This document shows, one piece after another, positions 9,453-18,590 of a stretch of DNA of 64,000 bases. Position numbers and translations under genes: made by a program. Source of the DNA: Actinomycetota bacterium (GTDB taxonomy: Bacteria; Actinomycetota; UBA4738; HRBIN12); NCBI GenBank assembly GCA_035288045.1, contig DATEBA010000005.1, forward strand, positions 23,146 to 87,145, in the 5' to 3' direction. Position 1 is the stretch's first letter. Each line of letters opens with the position of its first letter. The notes beneath the pieces are model-generated. The model worked only from the letters and a program-made list of their open reading frames with translations, searched no databases and was not told the DNA's origin.

Positions 9453-9551
9453 CGTGAGGTTTCGTTCCTCGGCTCCCCCTTCCGGCGGTTCGAGCGGTCG
9501 CGACCTCCCCCGGAAGACGCGGCGCTCCCGCCGCAGAAGGAGCAGAACCCT

Positions 9552-10745
9552 GTGACCACCTTCCTCGACCTCGGCGTGTCGCGCGCGCTCGTCGACACCC
9601 TGGAGCGACGCGACATCCTTGCCCCGTTCGAGATCCAATCGCTCGTTCTCCGCGACGCGCTCGCCGGGAGCGACGTGCTCGCGCGTTCTCAGACCGGCTC
9701 GGGCAAGACGCTCGCGTTCGCGATCCCGATCGTCCAGCGGCTCGAGCCGGGTGACGGTCGTAGGCCGGCCGCGCTCGTGCTCGTCCCGACCCGAGAGCTA
9801 GCGGTGCAGGTTGCCGACGAATTCGCTGATATCGCCGCCGCCCGCGGCCTGCGCGTCGGGCTCGCCTACGGCGGCGTGAGCGTTCGCGAGCAGGACAAGG
9901 GCGTGCGGCGCGCGCACGTCCTGATCGCGACGCCCGGTCGCTGCGAGGACCTCGCCACGCGGAAGATGGTGCGACTCGACGGCGTGCGGATCCTAGTCGT
10001 GGACGAGGCCGATCGGATGCTCGACATGGGCTTCCATCCGCAGGTCGACAAGATCGTGCGCCGACTGCCGACGGAGCGTCAGACGATGTTCTTCTCGGCG
10101 ACCCTCGACGGTGCGGCGGGCCGGCTCGCCCAGGCGTACACGCGAGACCCCGTGCGCCACGAGACGGCGAGCGAGGCCAAGACCGTGCTCGAGGTCGACC
10201 ACCGCTTCATCCCGGTGCCGGCGTCGGGAAAGGTCGACGCGCTCGTCGAGCTGCTCCACAAGGACCGCGAGCTAGCGCTCGTGTTCGTTCGCACGAAACG
10301 CGGCGCCGACAGGCTCGTGCGCAAGCTCCTCGACCGAGGGGTCCGCGCCGAGGCTATGCACGGTGACATGACCCAGAAGGCGCGCGAGCGTGCGCTGGCC
10401 AGGTTCGATTCGCACAAGGTCGATGTCCTCGTGGCGACCGACGTCGCCGCCCGCGGTCTCGACCTCGAGCGGATCAGCCACGTGATCAACTTCGATCCCC
10501 CAGGAGACGACAAGGGCTACGTACACCGCGTGGGCCGCACCGCCCGCGCCGGGCGGAGCGGGACGGGCGTCACTCTCGTCGCGCCCGACCAGCAGGCCGA
10601 CGTCGGTCGGATGGCCGCACGACTGGACCTGCACGAGGAGTTCCAGGAGGAGGGGATGAAGGTCGTGCCCCCGCGGGTCGTCTACTCGCGTTCGCCCGGC
10701 GGGCGCCGTTCCGGCCTCCGCAGGCGGACCGCCCGCAGGTTCTGA
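9552..10745 (+). CDS. DEAD-box RNA helicase (RhlE-like)
   Basis: Q-motif (PFEIQ), QTGSGKT, LVPTRELA, TPGR, DEADRMLDMGF, SAT, HGDM, ARGLD, HRVGRTARAG. GTG start follows AAGGAG. Confidence 0.93.
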   Translation: MTTFLDLGVSRALVDTLERRDILAPFEIQSLVLRDALAGSDVLARSQTGSGKTLAFAIPIVQRLEPGDGRRPAALVLVPTRELAVQVADEFADIAAARGLRVGLAYGGVSVREQDKGVRRAHVLIATPGRCEDLATRKMVRLDGVRILVVDEADRMLDMGFHPQVDKIVRRLPTERQTMFFSATLDGAAGRLAQAYTRDPVRHETASEAKTVLEVDHRFIPVPASGKVDALVELLHKDRELALVFVRTKRGADRLVRKLLDRGVRAEAMHGDMTQKARERALARFDSHKVDVLVATDVAARGLDLERISHVINFDPPGDDKGYVHRVGRTARAGRSGTGVTLVAPDQQADVGRMAARLDLHEEFQEEGMKVVPPRVVYSRSPGGRRSGLRRRTARRF

Positions 10746-10752
10746 CGCGGTT

Positions 10753-11406
10753 CTAGCTCGCCAGCCCATTTCGCAGAGCGTACGAAACCACACCCGCGCG
10801 ATCCTTCACCCCGAGCTTGCGGAGGATCGCGCGCACGTGCGTCTTCACCGTGTCCTCGCTGATGAAGAGCGTCTCGGCGATCGTCTTGTTGTTCAGGCCC
10901 TTCACGAGCTGTTGGAGGACGTCGCTTTCGCGACGCGTGAGGCCGACGTGCGCGCCGGGCCAGAAGTCCCCGGTCCGCATCGCGGACGCCCGGAGCGCGA
11001 TCTGTCCGCCGAGCGACGTGTCGATCACGACCTCGCCGTTGCGAACCGCTTGCAGTATCCGGACGATATCCTCGGGCGAGGCCTTCTTCAGCATGTACCC
11101 GCGGGCACCCGCGCGGAGCGCCTCGAAAACGTACTGCTCGTCCTCGTACACCGTCAGGAAGACGACGTGCACGTCGGAGTGGCGCTCAGCGATCGCACGG
11201 CACACATCGAGCCCGCTCTCGCCGGCCAGGCGCAGGTCGAGAAGAACGGCGTCCGGCGCGGCGCCCTCGACCGCGGCGAGAGCGCCGTCCATGTCCTCCG
11301 CCTCCCCGACTATCTCGACTTCCTCGACGTCGTCAAGCATCGCCCGCAGCCCCTCTCGGACCACGCGGTGGTCGTCCACGATCACGACGCGGATGACATC
11401 GCTCAC
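10753..11406 (-). CDS. NarL/LuxR-family response regulator
   Basis: VIVDDH, LLD (phospho-acceptor), FLT, GYMLK, C-terminal LTRRESDVL...NNKTIAETLFISEDTVKTHV helix-turn-helix. Confidence 0.93.
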   Translation of the reverse strand: MSDVIRVVIVDDHRVVREGLRAMLDDVEEVEIVGEAEDMDGALAAVEGAAPDAVLLDLRLAGESGLDVCRAIAERHSDVHVVFLTVYEDEQYVFEALRAGARGYMLKKASPEDIVRILQAVRNGEVVIDTSLGGQIALRASAMRTGDFWPGAHVGLTRRESDVLQQLVKGLNNKTIAETLFISEDTVKTHVRAILRKLGVKDRAGVVSYALRNGLAS

Positions 11407-12599
11407 GCGCGGTCCTCGGCCCTGATAGGCAGCTCCACCTCTATTGCCGTTCCCATGCCCGGCGCACTCTCGACGCGCAGGCGACCGCCGAGCAGGGCCG
11501 CGCGTTCGGAGATTCCGATGAGGCCGAACGAGGTGGCGGTCGCGTTGGTTGGAGAGTGATCGAACCCCCGCCCATCGTCGGCGATCCGCATCGAGACGCG
11601 GTCGCCGTCCCGCGAGAGAGCGATCTCGACACACGAGGCGTCGGCGTGCCGCCGGACGTTCGACAGCGTCTCCTGGGCGATCCGGTAGAGGGCGACCTCC
11701 TGGTGTGAGGGGAGCGAGATGTCGTCGTCGACGGTCAGCTCGATCTCAGTTCCCTCCGCGAGCGACCGCGGGGCGAGCGCCCGTATCGACGGACCAAGGC
11801 CGAGATCGTCGAGCATCGCCGGGCGGAGGTCGTGGATCGCCACGCGCGCCTCGTCGAGAGCCGAGTCGACGAGCGTCTGCGCCCGCTCGAGCTCGGCGTC
11901 GACGCGGCCGGATCCCCCGGGCAGGTGCCGGCGAGCCGCCTGTAGCCTGTACCAGACCGAGATGAGCTGCTGGGTCACCCCGTCGTGGATCTCAGTGGCG
12001 AGCCGCCGGCGTTCGTCTTCCTGGGCGTCGATCGTGCGGCGGACCACGTCCTCCAGCGCTTGCTCCTTCTCCTCCAGCGCGTGGTAGAGGTTCGCGTTCT
12101 CGAGCGAGGCGGCGACCAGCGACGACGTGCTTCGCAGGAACTCGACGTCGCGGTCGGAGAAGTCCCGGCGGTCGCGCGCGTGGACGTTGAAGACCCCCAC
12201 GAGCGAGCCCGAGCGAGATACGAGCGGCACGGAAAGGAGCGATGTGAACTCCTCCCCTCTGAGCTCGGGGATGTACTTGTAGCGGGGGTCCCGCATCTTG
12301 CCCTCGGGGATCACGACGACCTCGCGATGCTCCGCCACCCACCCCGCCACTCCTTCACCGGGCCGGAGCTCGACGGTTCCCACGACGTCTTCGAAGCCCT
12401 CGGAGGCGGCCCGAAGGGTGAGGACGCTTCGCTCGGGGTCCCACAGGTGAAGGAAGCAAGCATCGCCCCGGGTCGCCTCGAGGACGAGCTCGATCGTCTG
12501 CTGGAGCACGACCTCGAGGTCCAGGCTCGAGGAGATCGTCTCGATCACCCGGTGCAGGAGCCGGTTCTCGGCGTCGATCTCGTTCGATGCGAAGGCCAT
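11403..12599 (-). CDS. Cytoplasmic GAF-domain histidine kinase (HisKA_3/NarX type)
   Basis: GAF (GEGVAGWVA...SLLSVPL), H-box ERRRLATEIHDGVTQ, QETLSNVRRHA, DDGRGF, FGLIG, SAPGMGT. No hydrophobic segment. Overlaps the response regulator by 4 nt. Confidence 0.9.
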   Translation of the reverse strand: MAFASNEIDAENRLLHRVIETISSSLDLEVVLQQTIELVLEATRGDACFLHLWDPERSVLTLRAASEGFEDVVGTVELRPGEGVAGWVAEHREVVVIPEGKMRDPRYKYIPELRGEEFTSLLSVPLVSRSGSLVGVFNVHARDRRDFSDRDVEFLRSTSSLVAASLENANLYHALEEKEQALEDVVRRTIDAQEDERRRLATEIHDGVTQQLISVWYRLQAARRHLPGGSGRVDAELERAQTLVDSALDEARVAIHDLRPAMLDDLGLGPSIRALAPRSLAEGTEIELTVDDDISLPSHQEVALYRIAQETLSNVRRHADASCVEIALSRDGDRVSMRIADDGRGFDHSPTNATATSFGLIGISERAALLGGRLRVESAPGMGTAIEVELPIRAEDRA

Positions 12600-12646
12600 G
12601 CGGCCGTAATCGTACGTCAGCCCTGGAAGTGCCCGGCCGGGATCGG

Positions 12647-12817
12647 TCACTCCTCGAAGACGAGCCAGTCCGAGGGGTCGTCGTCGACGTGGCATACGGG
12701 GTTCGGGCACCCTAGCGTTTCGCGCGCACCGGGATCCCACAGGGCGACCAGGAAGCTCCCGCACAGCGGGCAGCGAGCCCTGGACGCGGGCAGCGCGGAC
12801 AGGGACGTGGGGTCCAC
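12647..12817 (-). CDS. 56-aa putative zinc-ribbon microprotein (not in the ORF track)
   Basis: GTG-start ORF MDPTSLSALPASRARCPLCGSFLVALWDPGARETLGCPNPVCHVDDDPSDWLVFEE*, with a CxxC...CxxxxC pattern. It fills the gap between two co-oriented genes. Confidence 0.6.
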   Translation of the reverse strand: MDPTSLSALPASRARCPLCGSFLVALWDPGARETLGCPNPVCHVDDDPSDWLVFEE

Positions 12818-12873
12818 GTTGGGAGTTTCGGGCGCGCGCCAGCGCGGCGCATCACCCGTGGTGGTGGGATCCG

Positions 12874-12893
12874 GCTCACCCCTGAGGGTGAGC
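12874..12893 (-). terminator. Hairpin downstream of the second GGDEF/EAL gene
   Basis: GCTCACCC-ctga-GGGTGAGC, a perfect 8-bp stem 5 nt past the stop, with no U-tract. Confidence 0.4.
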
Positions 12894-12898
12894 GGTCG

Positions 12899-14821
12899 CT
12901 AGGCCCCGAGGCCCTCGATGACGGCGAGACCCGAGCGGCGGTACTGCGCGAGGATATCGCTCGCGGGGACCGGCTTGCTGAAGTGGAACCCCTGCCCGAG
13001 GCGGCAGCCGCGGTCCACCAGGAACCGCCACTCGTCCTCGGTCTCGATGCCCTCCGCCAGCGGCTGGAGCCCGAGCGAACCGGCGAGTGCGATGATCGCC
13101 GAGACCATGCTCCCCGAGCTCTGGTCGGTATGCACGTCGCGCACGAACGAGCGGTCGATCTTCAGGATGTCGACCGGCATGTGCTGGAGCCGGGAAAGCG
13201 ACGAGTAGCCGGTGCCGAAGTCGTCGATCGCAAGGCGCAGTCCCCTCGCATGCAGGTCGGCCAGGATCCGTTGGGTCCGGTCGGGGTCGGTCATCGCCGT
13301 CGATTCGGTGATCTCCACGACGATCCGGGATGGGTCCACGTCGCACTCGCGCAGGCGCGAGACGACCTTGTCCGCGATGTCGGGCTGCCAGAGCTGCCGC
13401 GGCGAGAGGTTGAAGCCGATCTCGAGCTCCAGGCCCTCCGCCCTCCACGCGCGGTCCTGTCGTGCGAACTCTTCGACGACCCAGTCGCCGATCGCCTCGA
13501 TCAGCCCCATCTCCTCCGCCAGCGGGATGAACTCGCCGGGCGGCACGAGTCCGCCGTTGGGGTCCTGCCAGCGGATCAGTGCCTCGACCCCATACATGTC
13601 GCCGGTCTGGAGGTCGATCAGCGGCTGGTAGTGGAGCATCCAGTTCTGGTTCTCGACGGCCTTCCGCAGTCTCGTCGTGAACGAGAGCTTGGTTAGCGCA
13701 TCGACGCTGTCGTCGGTGTGGAAGGCGTAGCCGCCCGGGCCGTTCTTCTTGCTCTGGTACATCGCGACGTCTGCGTTCTTGAGGAGCGTCGCGGCATCGT
13801 TGGCGTCGTTGGGGAACATGCTGATCCCGATGCTCGCCGAGACGTAGACCTCCGTGCCCTTCAACACGAAGGGTTCCCTCAGCGCGTCCTGGATCCGAAC
13901 GGCCACCGACTCCGCCACGAGGAGCGCGCCGTTCGTATCGCCTGGAAGCGGCGACGCCGGCGTGGGCTCGAGGTCGGCGAGCAGGAGCAGGAACTCGTCC
14001 CCACCCTGACGCGCCACCAGGTCGGTCTCGCGGGTGGCCTCGCGCAGCCGCTCCGCGAGCTCCCGGAGGAGCTCGTCGCCCATCTCGTGCCCGAGGCTGT
14101 CGTTCACGAGCTTGAAGTCGTCGAGGTCGGTGTACAGCACGGCGACGGACTGGCCGTGCCGGCGCCCTCGGGCTATCGACAGCTCGAGCAGCTCCTCGAA
14201 CATGGCTCGGTTCGGCAGACCGGTCATCTTGTCGTGGTAAGCGAGGAACGCGACCTGCTCCTCGGCGATCTTGCGCTCGGTGATGTCGAGCATCACGCCG
14301 TGGATGAAAGCAGGGTTGCCCTCCTCATCCTTCACGACTACCGCACTGTCACGGAACCACCTGACCGTCCCGTCGCGTGACACGAGTCGGTACTCGAAGG
14401 TGAACGGCGATCCCGCCTCTCGTCCCTCAAGGTAGGTGTTGAGCGCGCGCTCCTTGTCGTCCGGGTGGAGGTGCTTGTACCAGAGGTCGGGATCGGTGAT
14501 GTACTCGTCGGCCGTGATGCCGAGCAGCTCCTCGATCTGAGGGGACACGTACGACGTCGACATGCTCTCGTCGGCCACGTCGAGGTAGACGATCGCGGGG
14601 ATCTGCTCGACGAGCGATCGGTACTTCGCGTTGGCCTCGCGCAGCTCGTCGTCGGCCTTGCGGAGCTCGTCGGTCAGCGCCCTCAACATCTCCGGCGCCT
14701 GCTCGGCGATGCCCTCCGATTGCGACAGCGCGCGGCTCACGGCGTCGAGTACCGAGAACCGCGTAGCGTCGTCGTGCCCGGTCTGTTCGGCCGTCACTCC
14801 GTTCCCTTCTGGTTGTGGCAA
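12899..14821 (-). CDS. Cytoplasmic PAS-GGDEF-EAL c-di-GMP cyclase/phosphodiesterase
   Basis: PAS (YVSPQIEELLG...HPDD), RETD-x5-GGDEF, EAL, EITES, DDFGTGYSS, KIDRSF, EGIE. The start could instead be the GTG at 14797. Confidence 0.93.
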   Translation of the reverse strand: MPQPEGNGVTAEQTGHDDATRFSVLDAVSRALSQSEGIAEQAPEMLRALTDELRKADDELREANAKYRSLVEQIPAIVYLDVADESMSTSYVSPQIEELLGITADEYITDPDLWYKHLHPDDKERALNTYLEGREAGSPFTFEYRLVSRDGTVRWFRDSAVVVKDEEGNPAFIHGVMLDITERKIAEEQVAFLAYHDKMTGLPNRAMFEELLELSIARGRRHGQSVAVLYTDLDDFKLVNDSLGHEMGDELLRELAERLREATRETDLVARQGGDEFLLLLADLEPTPASPLPGDTNGALLVAESVAVRIQDALREPFVLKGTEVYVSASIGISMFPNDANDAATLLKNADVAMYQSKKNGPGGYAFHTDDSVDALTKLSFTTRLRKAVENQNWMLHYQPLIDLQTGDMYGVEALIRWQDPNGGLVPPGEFIPLAEEMGLIEAIGDWVVEEFARQDRAWRAEGLELEIGFNLSPRQLWQPDIADKVVSRLRECDVDPSRIVVEITESTAMTDPDRTQRILADLHARGLRLAIDDFGTGYSSLSRLQHMPVDILKIDRSFVRDVHTDQSSGSMVSAIIALAGSLGLQPLAEGIETEDEWRFLVDRGCRLGQGFHFSKPVPASDILAQYRRSGLAVIEGLGA

Positions 14822-14920
14822 CTGGGGTATCGGCAGCCGAGCGGTGCGACTTGACTATGGAGATGACTAAAGGGGGCTACTGCGTTTCGGGTAGACCCAC
14901 CTCCCCAGAGGCCGTGACCC

Positions 14921-15370
14921 CTACGCGACCGTGAGCGCGGTCCGCATCCCGGCCTCGTAGTGGCTGGGCACGTTGCAGATCACGACGTAGCTGCCGGCAT
15001 CCAGCGTGAGGGCCAGGGAGACTTCCGAGCCCGAACCGATGTCCTCGGCCTCCCCAGCGTTCGTGAGCGAGGGGTCGTCCTCGGGAACGACGCCTCCATC
15101 GACGGGGAGGGCGTCGGGAGCCAGGTCCGTCTTGAACACGACGAACTCGTGCGTGGAAAGCCCGTCGTTGGCGATGGAGAACGTGACCTCGCCGGCCGCC
15201 ACAGATCCTGGATCCAGCGTGATGGAGAAGTCTGCCACCGTCGCGTTCACGTCGGCGTCGGTGCTGGCGTCGGCACCGTTCCCGCCGTCGCCGCCATCGT
15301 CGCCGCAGGCGGCGAGCGCGACGGCCATCATCGGTGCCAGCAAGAAACGGGCGAGTGTTCGAGTCGCCAT
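14921..15370 (-). CDS. Cupredoxin (type-1 copper) lipoprotein
   Basis: Lipobox LAAC, HEFVV, and C-terminal CNVPSHYEAGM, giving His/Cys/His/Met ligands. Confidence 0.85.
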   Translation of the reverse strand: MATRTLARFLLAPMMAVALAACGDDGGDGGNGADASTDADVNATVADFSITLDPGSVAAGEVTFSIANDGLSTHEFVVFKTDLAPDALPVDGGVVPEDDPSLTNAGEAEDIGSGSEVSLALTLDAGSYVVICNVPSHYEAGMRTALTVA

Positions 15371-15427
15371 GGGTCCCCCTGTCTCCGCGGCGTCGGTCGC
15401 CTCGGAGCCTGAGAGCCTACGCGATGC

Positions 15428-16267
15428 TCAGCAGCCGTGCTCTTCGGGCAGGAGCGGGCGGAAGACGAGCAGGTATCGGGTGCCTGCGCTCGTCCAGGAG
15501 GTGAGCTCGTTCGTCTGCTGAGCGGCGATCCTGAGCGCGTCGTGGTCGGCTCCAGAGACGGCGCCGCAACGGGTGTCCTCGAGACCGGGGTAGCGCTCAC
15601 CGAAGGTATCGAGAGGCGTAACGAGCGGCCATTCGACTACCGGCTGCTGGAGGTCCGGCTCGGGGCTCGCGGCATATGGCCTGACGAAGACCCGGAGCTC
15701 ATCCTCGACGAATGGACGCTCCTCGCCGAGGCTCCCGTCGGGGAGCCAGCTGGCGAGGTCGCCGAGCTTGGTTTGAAACTCCGCGAGCTTGGCGCGGGCG
15801 TCATCGTCGATTCCCGGGCAGTCGGTCGCGCCCTCGTACAACGCATACGCGGACACGACGTGCTTAGCGCCGTCCGCGCTAAGGGTGAAGGTCGTCGTTC
15901 CTGCGTCGGCGATGCAGGGGAATTCGTAGGAGCGATCGGGGCCCAGCAGGCCCGCGTCCTGCGCGGCCTCCAGTATCGTGTCGATGCCGTCGCCGGAGAC
16001 CGTTCGCACGAGCAGGCTCGGAAGAGCGGGGCCGGGATAGATCTCGATCTGCGGGCCCTGTGATACGAGGCGTCCGTCGCCGTACAGGGCGAACGAGGGG
16101 AAGTTCCGGAGGGTGTACTCGACGGGGATGAAGCCGCCCCCGACGTCTACCCGGAGCACCAGGTCGTCTGCTCCGGTCGGGTGATCGATGCCTCCGTCCC
16201 CAAGGCGGGCGAGCCTCCCGCAGGCGGTGAGCAGCAGGGCGACGGCGGCGATCGCGCGGATCTTCAT
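15428..16267 (-). CDS. Hypothetical lipoprotein
   Basis: MKIRAIAAVALLLTAC lipobox, AGGAG upstream, no recognised domain. Confidence 0.7.
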   Translation of the reverse strand: MKIRAIAAVALLLTACGRLARLGDGGIDHPTGADDLVLRVDVGGGFIPVEYTLRNFPSFALYGDGRLVSQGPQIEIYPGPALPSLLVRTVSGDGIDTILEAAQDAGLLGPDRSYEFPCIADAGTTTFTLSADGAKHVVSAYALYEGATDCPGIDDDARAKLAEFQTKLGDLASWLPDGSLGEERPFVEDELRVFVRPYAASPEPDLQQPVVEWPLVTPLDTFGERYPGLEDTRCGAVSGADHDALRIAAQQTNELTSWTSAGTRYLLVFRPLLPEEHGC

Positions 16268-16356
16268 CGGGCGCTCCTCTCGGTGGGTTTCCGTTTGGAC
16301 GCAGCGTGCCACGGCCGGGGTTCCAGGTCTCTGCCTGCAGTAGGCTCGTGGCCAAG

Positions 16357-17409
16357 ATGCGCGCGCTTCGCAAGACGCGGGCGGGGGGAGGGGCGGAGCT
16401 CGCCGAGGTCCCCGTACCCGAGGCCGGTGAGGGCGAGGTCCTGGTCCGCGTCCACGCCACCTCCATATGCGGCACCGATCTGCACATCTACGAGTGGAAC
16501 GAGTGGGCGGCCGGACGCGTCGCCGCGATCCCGATGACCTTCGGGCACGAGGTCGCCGGCGTGGTCGAGGTGATCGGCCCCGAGGTCCATCACGTTCAGC
16601 CGGGCGCGTTCGTCGCCGCGGAGACCCACGTCGCCTGTGGGGTCTGCTCCACGTGCCGTACCGGACGCGCCCACATCTGTGAGAACCTGCGGATCCTCGG
16701 CGTCGACACCGAGGGCGCGTTCGCCGAGTACGTCGTGATCCCGGCGCAGAACGCGTGGGTGGTGGGAGAGGGGATCCACCCCGATGCGGCCTCGATCATG
16801 GAACCCTTCGGCAACGCGGTCCACGCGACGTTTGGGACCGAGGGTGGGGAGGACCTCGCCACCAACCCGGTCGTCGTGATCGGCTGCGGTCCGATCGGGC
16901 TCTTCGCGGTCGGGATCGCGCGCGCCGCGGGTGCGTGGAAGGTGATCGCGATCGAGCCGAACGGCTATCGCCGAGACCTCGCCGCGAAGATGGGTGCGGA
17001 TCTGCTCGTCGACCCGAGCGAGCGAGATCCGGTCGAGGCGGTCCTCCACGCGACGGATGGCATCGGCGCCGAGGTGGTGCTGGAGATGTCGGGGAACGCG
17101 CGGGCGATAGACCAGGGCACCCGGATGCTCGCGCGCGGCGGGCGGATGTCGCTGCTCGGCCTCCCCGACCAGCCCGTCACCCTCGACCTCTCCGATCAGG
17201 TCATCTTCAAGGAGGCGCGGCTGCTGGGGATCACCGGCCGTGAGATGTTCCGGACCTGGCAGCAGACGACCACGCTCCTATCGACCGGCCGGGTCGACGT
17301 CGACCCTGTGATCACCCACCGCTTCGGTCTGGAGCGCTTCGCCGAGGCATTCGAGGTGCTCGCCTCAGGGCGGTCGGGCAAGGTGATCCTGTTCCCCGGA
17401 GGTTCCTGA
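16357..17409 (+). CDS. tdh: L-threonine 3-dehydrogenase
   Basis: SICGTDLHIY, GHE, structural Zn CGVCSTCR...C, EPFGNAVHA, GCGPIG, GITGREMF.TW. Directly upstream of kbl. Confidence 0.9.
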   Translation: MRALRKTRAGGGAELAEVPVPEAGEGEVLVRVHATSICGTDLHIYEWNEWAAGRVAAIPMTFGHEVAGVVEVIGPEVHHVQPGAFVAAETHVACGVCSTCRTGRAHICENLRILGVDTEGAFAEYVVIPAQNAWVVGEGIHPDAASIMEPFGNAVHATFGTEGGEDLATNPVVVIGCGPIGLFAVGIARAAGAWKVIAIEPNGYRRDLAAKMGADLLVDPSERDPVEAVLHATDGIGAEVVLEMSGNARAIDQGTRMLARGGRMSLLGLPDQPVTLDLSDQVIFKEARLLGITGREMFRTWQQTTTLLSTGRVDVDPVITHRFGLERFAEAFEVLASGRSGKVILFPGGS

Positions 17410-18587
17410 TGGGAGCCCTCGACTACCTGAAGGAACAGCTCGAGGAGCTCGAATCGCAGGGGCTTGCGCTGCATCCACGGACCCTCGAGCGCGAGCAGGC
17501 GGCGCGGACACGCTTCGACGGACGCGAGGTGATCAACCTGGCGTCGAACAACTACCTCGGGCTCGCGGCGCACCCGCGCCTGAAGGAGGCGGCCGCCAAC
17601 GCGGCGCTGGAGTTTGGGGCCGGCACCGGTGCGGTGCGCACGATCGCCGGTTCCATGACGATGCACCGCGAGCTCGAGCGCCGCTTCGCCGAGTTCAAGG
17701 GCTCCGAGGACGCCCTCATGTTCCAGTCGGGCTTCACGGCCAACTCCGGAACCGTGGCGGCGGTCCTGACCAGGGAGGACGTCATCGTCTCCGACGAGCT
17801 GAACCACGCGTCGATCATCGACGGGGCTCGCCTGTCCCGCGCGGAGATCAAGGTGTTCCCTCACAAGGACGCGGAGGCGGCCGACCGGCTGCTCGCCGAC
17901 GCGACTTCGACGGGGAGGCGCCTCCTGATCACCGACGGTGTGTTCTCGATGGAGGGCGACATCGCACCGCTCCCTGCCCTTGTCGCCGTCGCCGAGCGGC
18001 ACGGCGCGATCATGATGGTCGACGACGCGCACGCGAGCGGCGTCCTCGGGCGCGGTGGACGCGGCACCGTCGACCATTTCGACCTGCACGGTCGGGTCGA
18101 CGTGCAGGTCGGCACCCTCTCGAAGGCGATAGGCGTCCTCGGCGGGTTCATCGCGGGGCCCTCGCAGCTGATCGAGTGGTTGGCGAACCGCGGGCGACCG
18201 TACCTGTTCTCGACCTCCGCGCCGCCCGCAGTCGTGGCCGCGTGCCTGGCAGCGCTCGATGTGATGCGCGACGAGCCGGAGCGGCTCGATCGGCTCTGGG
18301 ACCGAACGCGGTTCTTCAAGGAGGGTTTGCACTCGCTCGGTTTCGATACTGGTGCGAGCGAGACGCCGATCACACCGGTGATCACCGGGGACGAGGAGAA
18401 GACGCAGGAGCTCGCGCGACGGCTGTTCGAGGAGGGCGTGTTCGCCCCCGTGATCGTCTTCCCGACGGTGGCGCGCGGGCGCGCCCGCGTCAGGACGATC
18501 GTGACGGCCGATCACACCGAGGAGGACCTCCGGGAAGCGCTCGATGCGTTCGAGCGTGTGGGCCGGGAGCTGGGGCTTCAGGAGTAG
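17409..18587 (+). CDS. kbl: Glycine C-acetyltransferase (2-amino-3-ketobutyrate CoA ligase)
   Basis: NLASNNYLGL, DELNHASIIDG, TDGVFSM, DDAHASG, GTLSKA (PLP lysine). Translationally coupled to tdh. Confidence 0.9.
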   Translation: MGALDYLKEQLEELESQGLALHPRTLEREQAARTRFDGREVINLASNNYLGLAAHPRLKEAAANAALEFGAGTGAVRTIAGSMTMHRELERRFAEFKGSEDALMFQSGFTANSGTVAAVLTREDVIVSDELNHASIIDGARLSRAEIKVFPHKDAEAADRLLADATSTGRRLLITDGVFSMEGDIAPLPALVAVAERHGAIMMVDDAHASGVLGRGGRGTVDHFDLHGRVDVQVGTLSKAIGVLGGFIAGPSQLIEWLANRGRPYLFSTSAPPAVVAACLAALDVMRDEPERLDRLWDRTRFFKEGLHSLGFDTGASETPITPVITGDEEKTQELARRLFEEGVFAPVIVFPTVARGRARVRTIVTADHTEEDLREALDAFERVGRELGLQE

Positions 18588-18590
18588 TGC

